Below, piece after piece: positions 16,729 to 16,814 of a DNA stretch of 16,814 bases. The DNA is from Pseudomonadota bacterium (GTDB taxonomy: Bacteria > Bdellovibrionota > FAC87 > UBA2466): assembly GCA_043718025.1 (NCBI GenBank), contig JAYSWN010000004.1:1-16814 (forward strand), given 5' to 3'. A model generated the notes under the pieces. The model saw nothing but the letters and a program-made list of their open reading frames with translations. It did not search any database and was not told the origin of the DNA. Every line of letters begins with the position of its first letter. Positions within the stretch are counted from its first letter, which is position 1. The translations under genes and the position numbers were made by a program.

Positions 16729-16814
16729 GGCGACTTTGTCGCCCCCCTTTTCCCCAGCGAAAATGTCGCCCCCCACTAAACTAAGCCTCTGAAATTCATC
16801 ATGAGTTGGGGGGC
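16729..16814. repeat. Short direct and inverted repeat cluster (TGTCGCCCCCC), truncated by the window end
   Basis: TGTCGCCCCCC at 16737-16747 and 16764-16774; palindrome GGCGAC-TTT-GTCGCC at 16729-16743; inverted GGGGGGC at 16808-16814. Confidence 0.5.

Overview
This is a bacterial chromosomal segment with three modules. (1) A large secreted, largely alpha-helical hypothetical protein on the minus strand (2141 to <1, at least 713 codons; absent from the ORF track because it runs off the window) is transcribed divergently from a glyoxylate-shunt operon, aceB-aceA. (2) A surface-glycan locus: a minus-strand, translationally coupled operon wzm-wzt-GT2-GT4-RgpF-like GT converges on a plus-strand SAM-methyltransferase gene and overlaps it by 101 nt. 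The C-terminal half of the methyltransferase carries kinase-like motifs (WbdD-like layout), yet the Wzt has no carbohydrate-binding module. (3) Upstream on the same strand are a 992-aa lipoprotein (Pro/Thr linker, four Cys-paired Ig-like repeats, delta-60-like beta-propeller) and a small outer-membrane beta-barrel protein. The lipoprotein sits behind a sigma54-type promoter with candidate IHF and enhancer sites, and the barrel protein behind a sigma28-type promoter. The domain types suggest a deltaproteobacteria-like or Bdellovibrionota-like host, but that is inference only. No rRNA, tRNA, CRISPR array or transposase was seen. All calls come from reading motifs by eye; no database searches were run.
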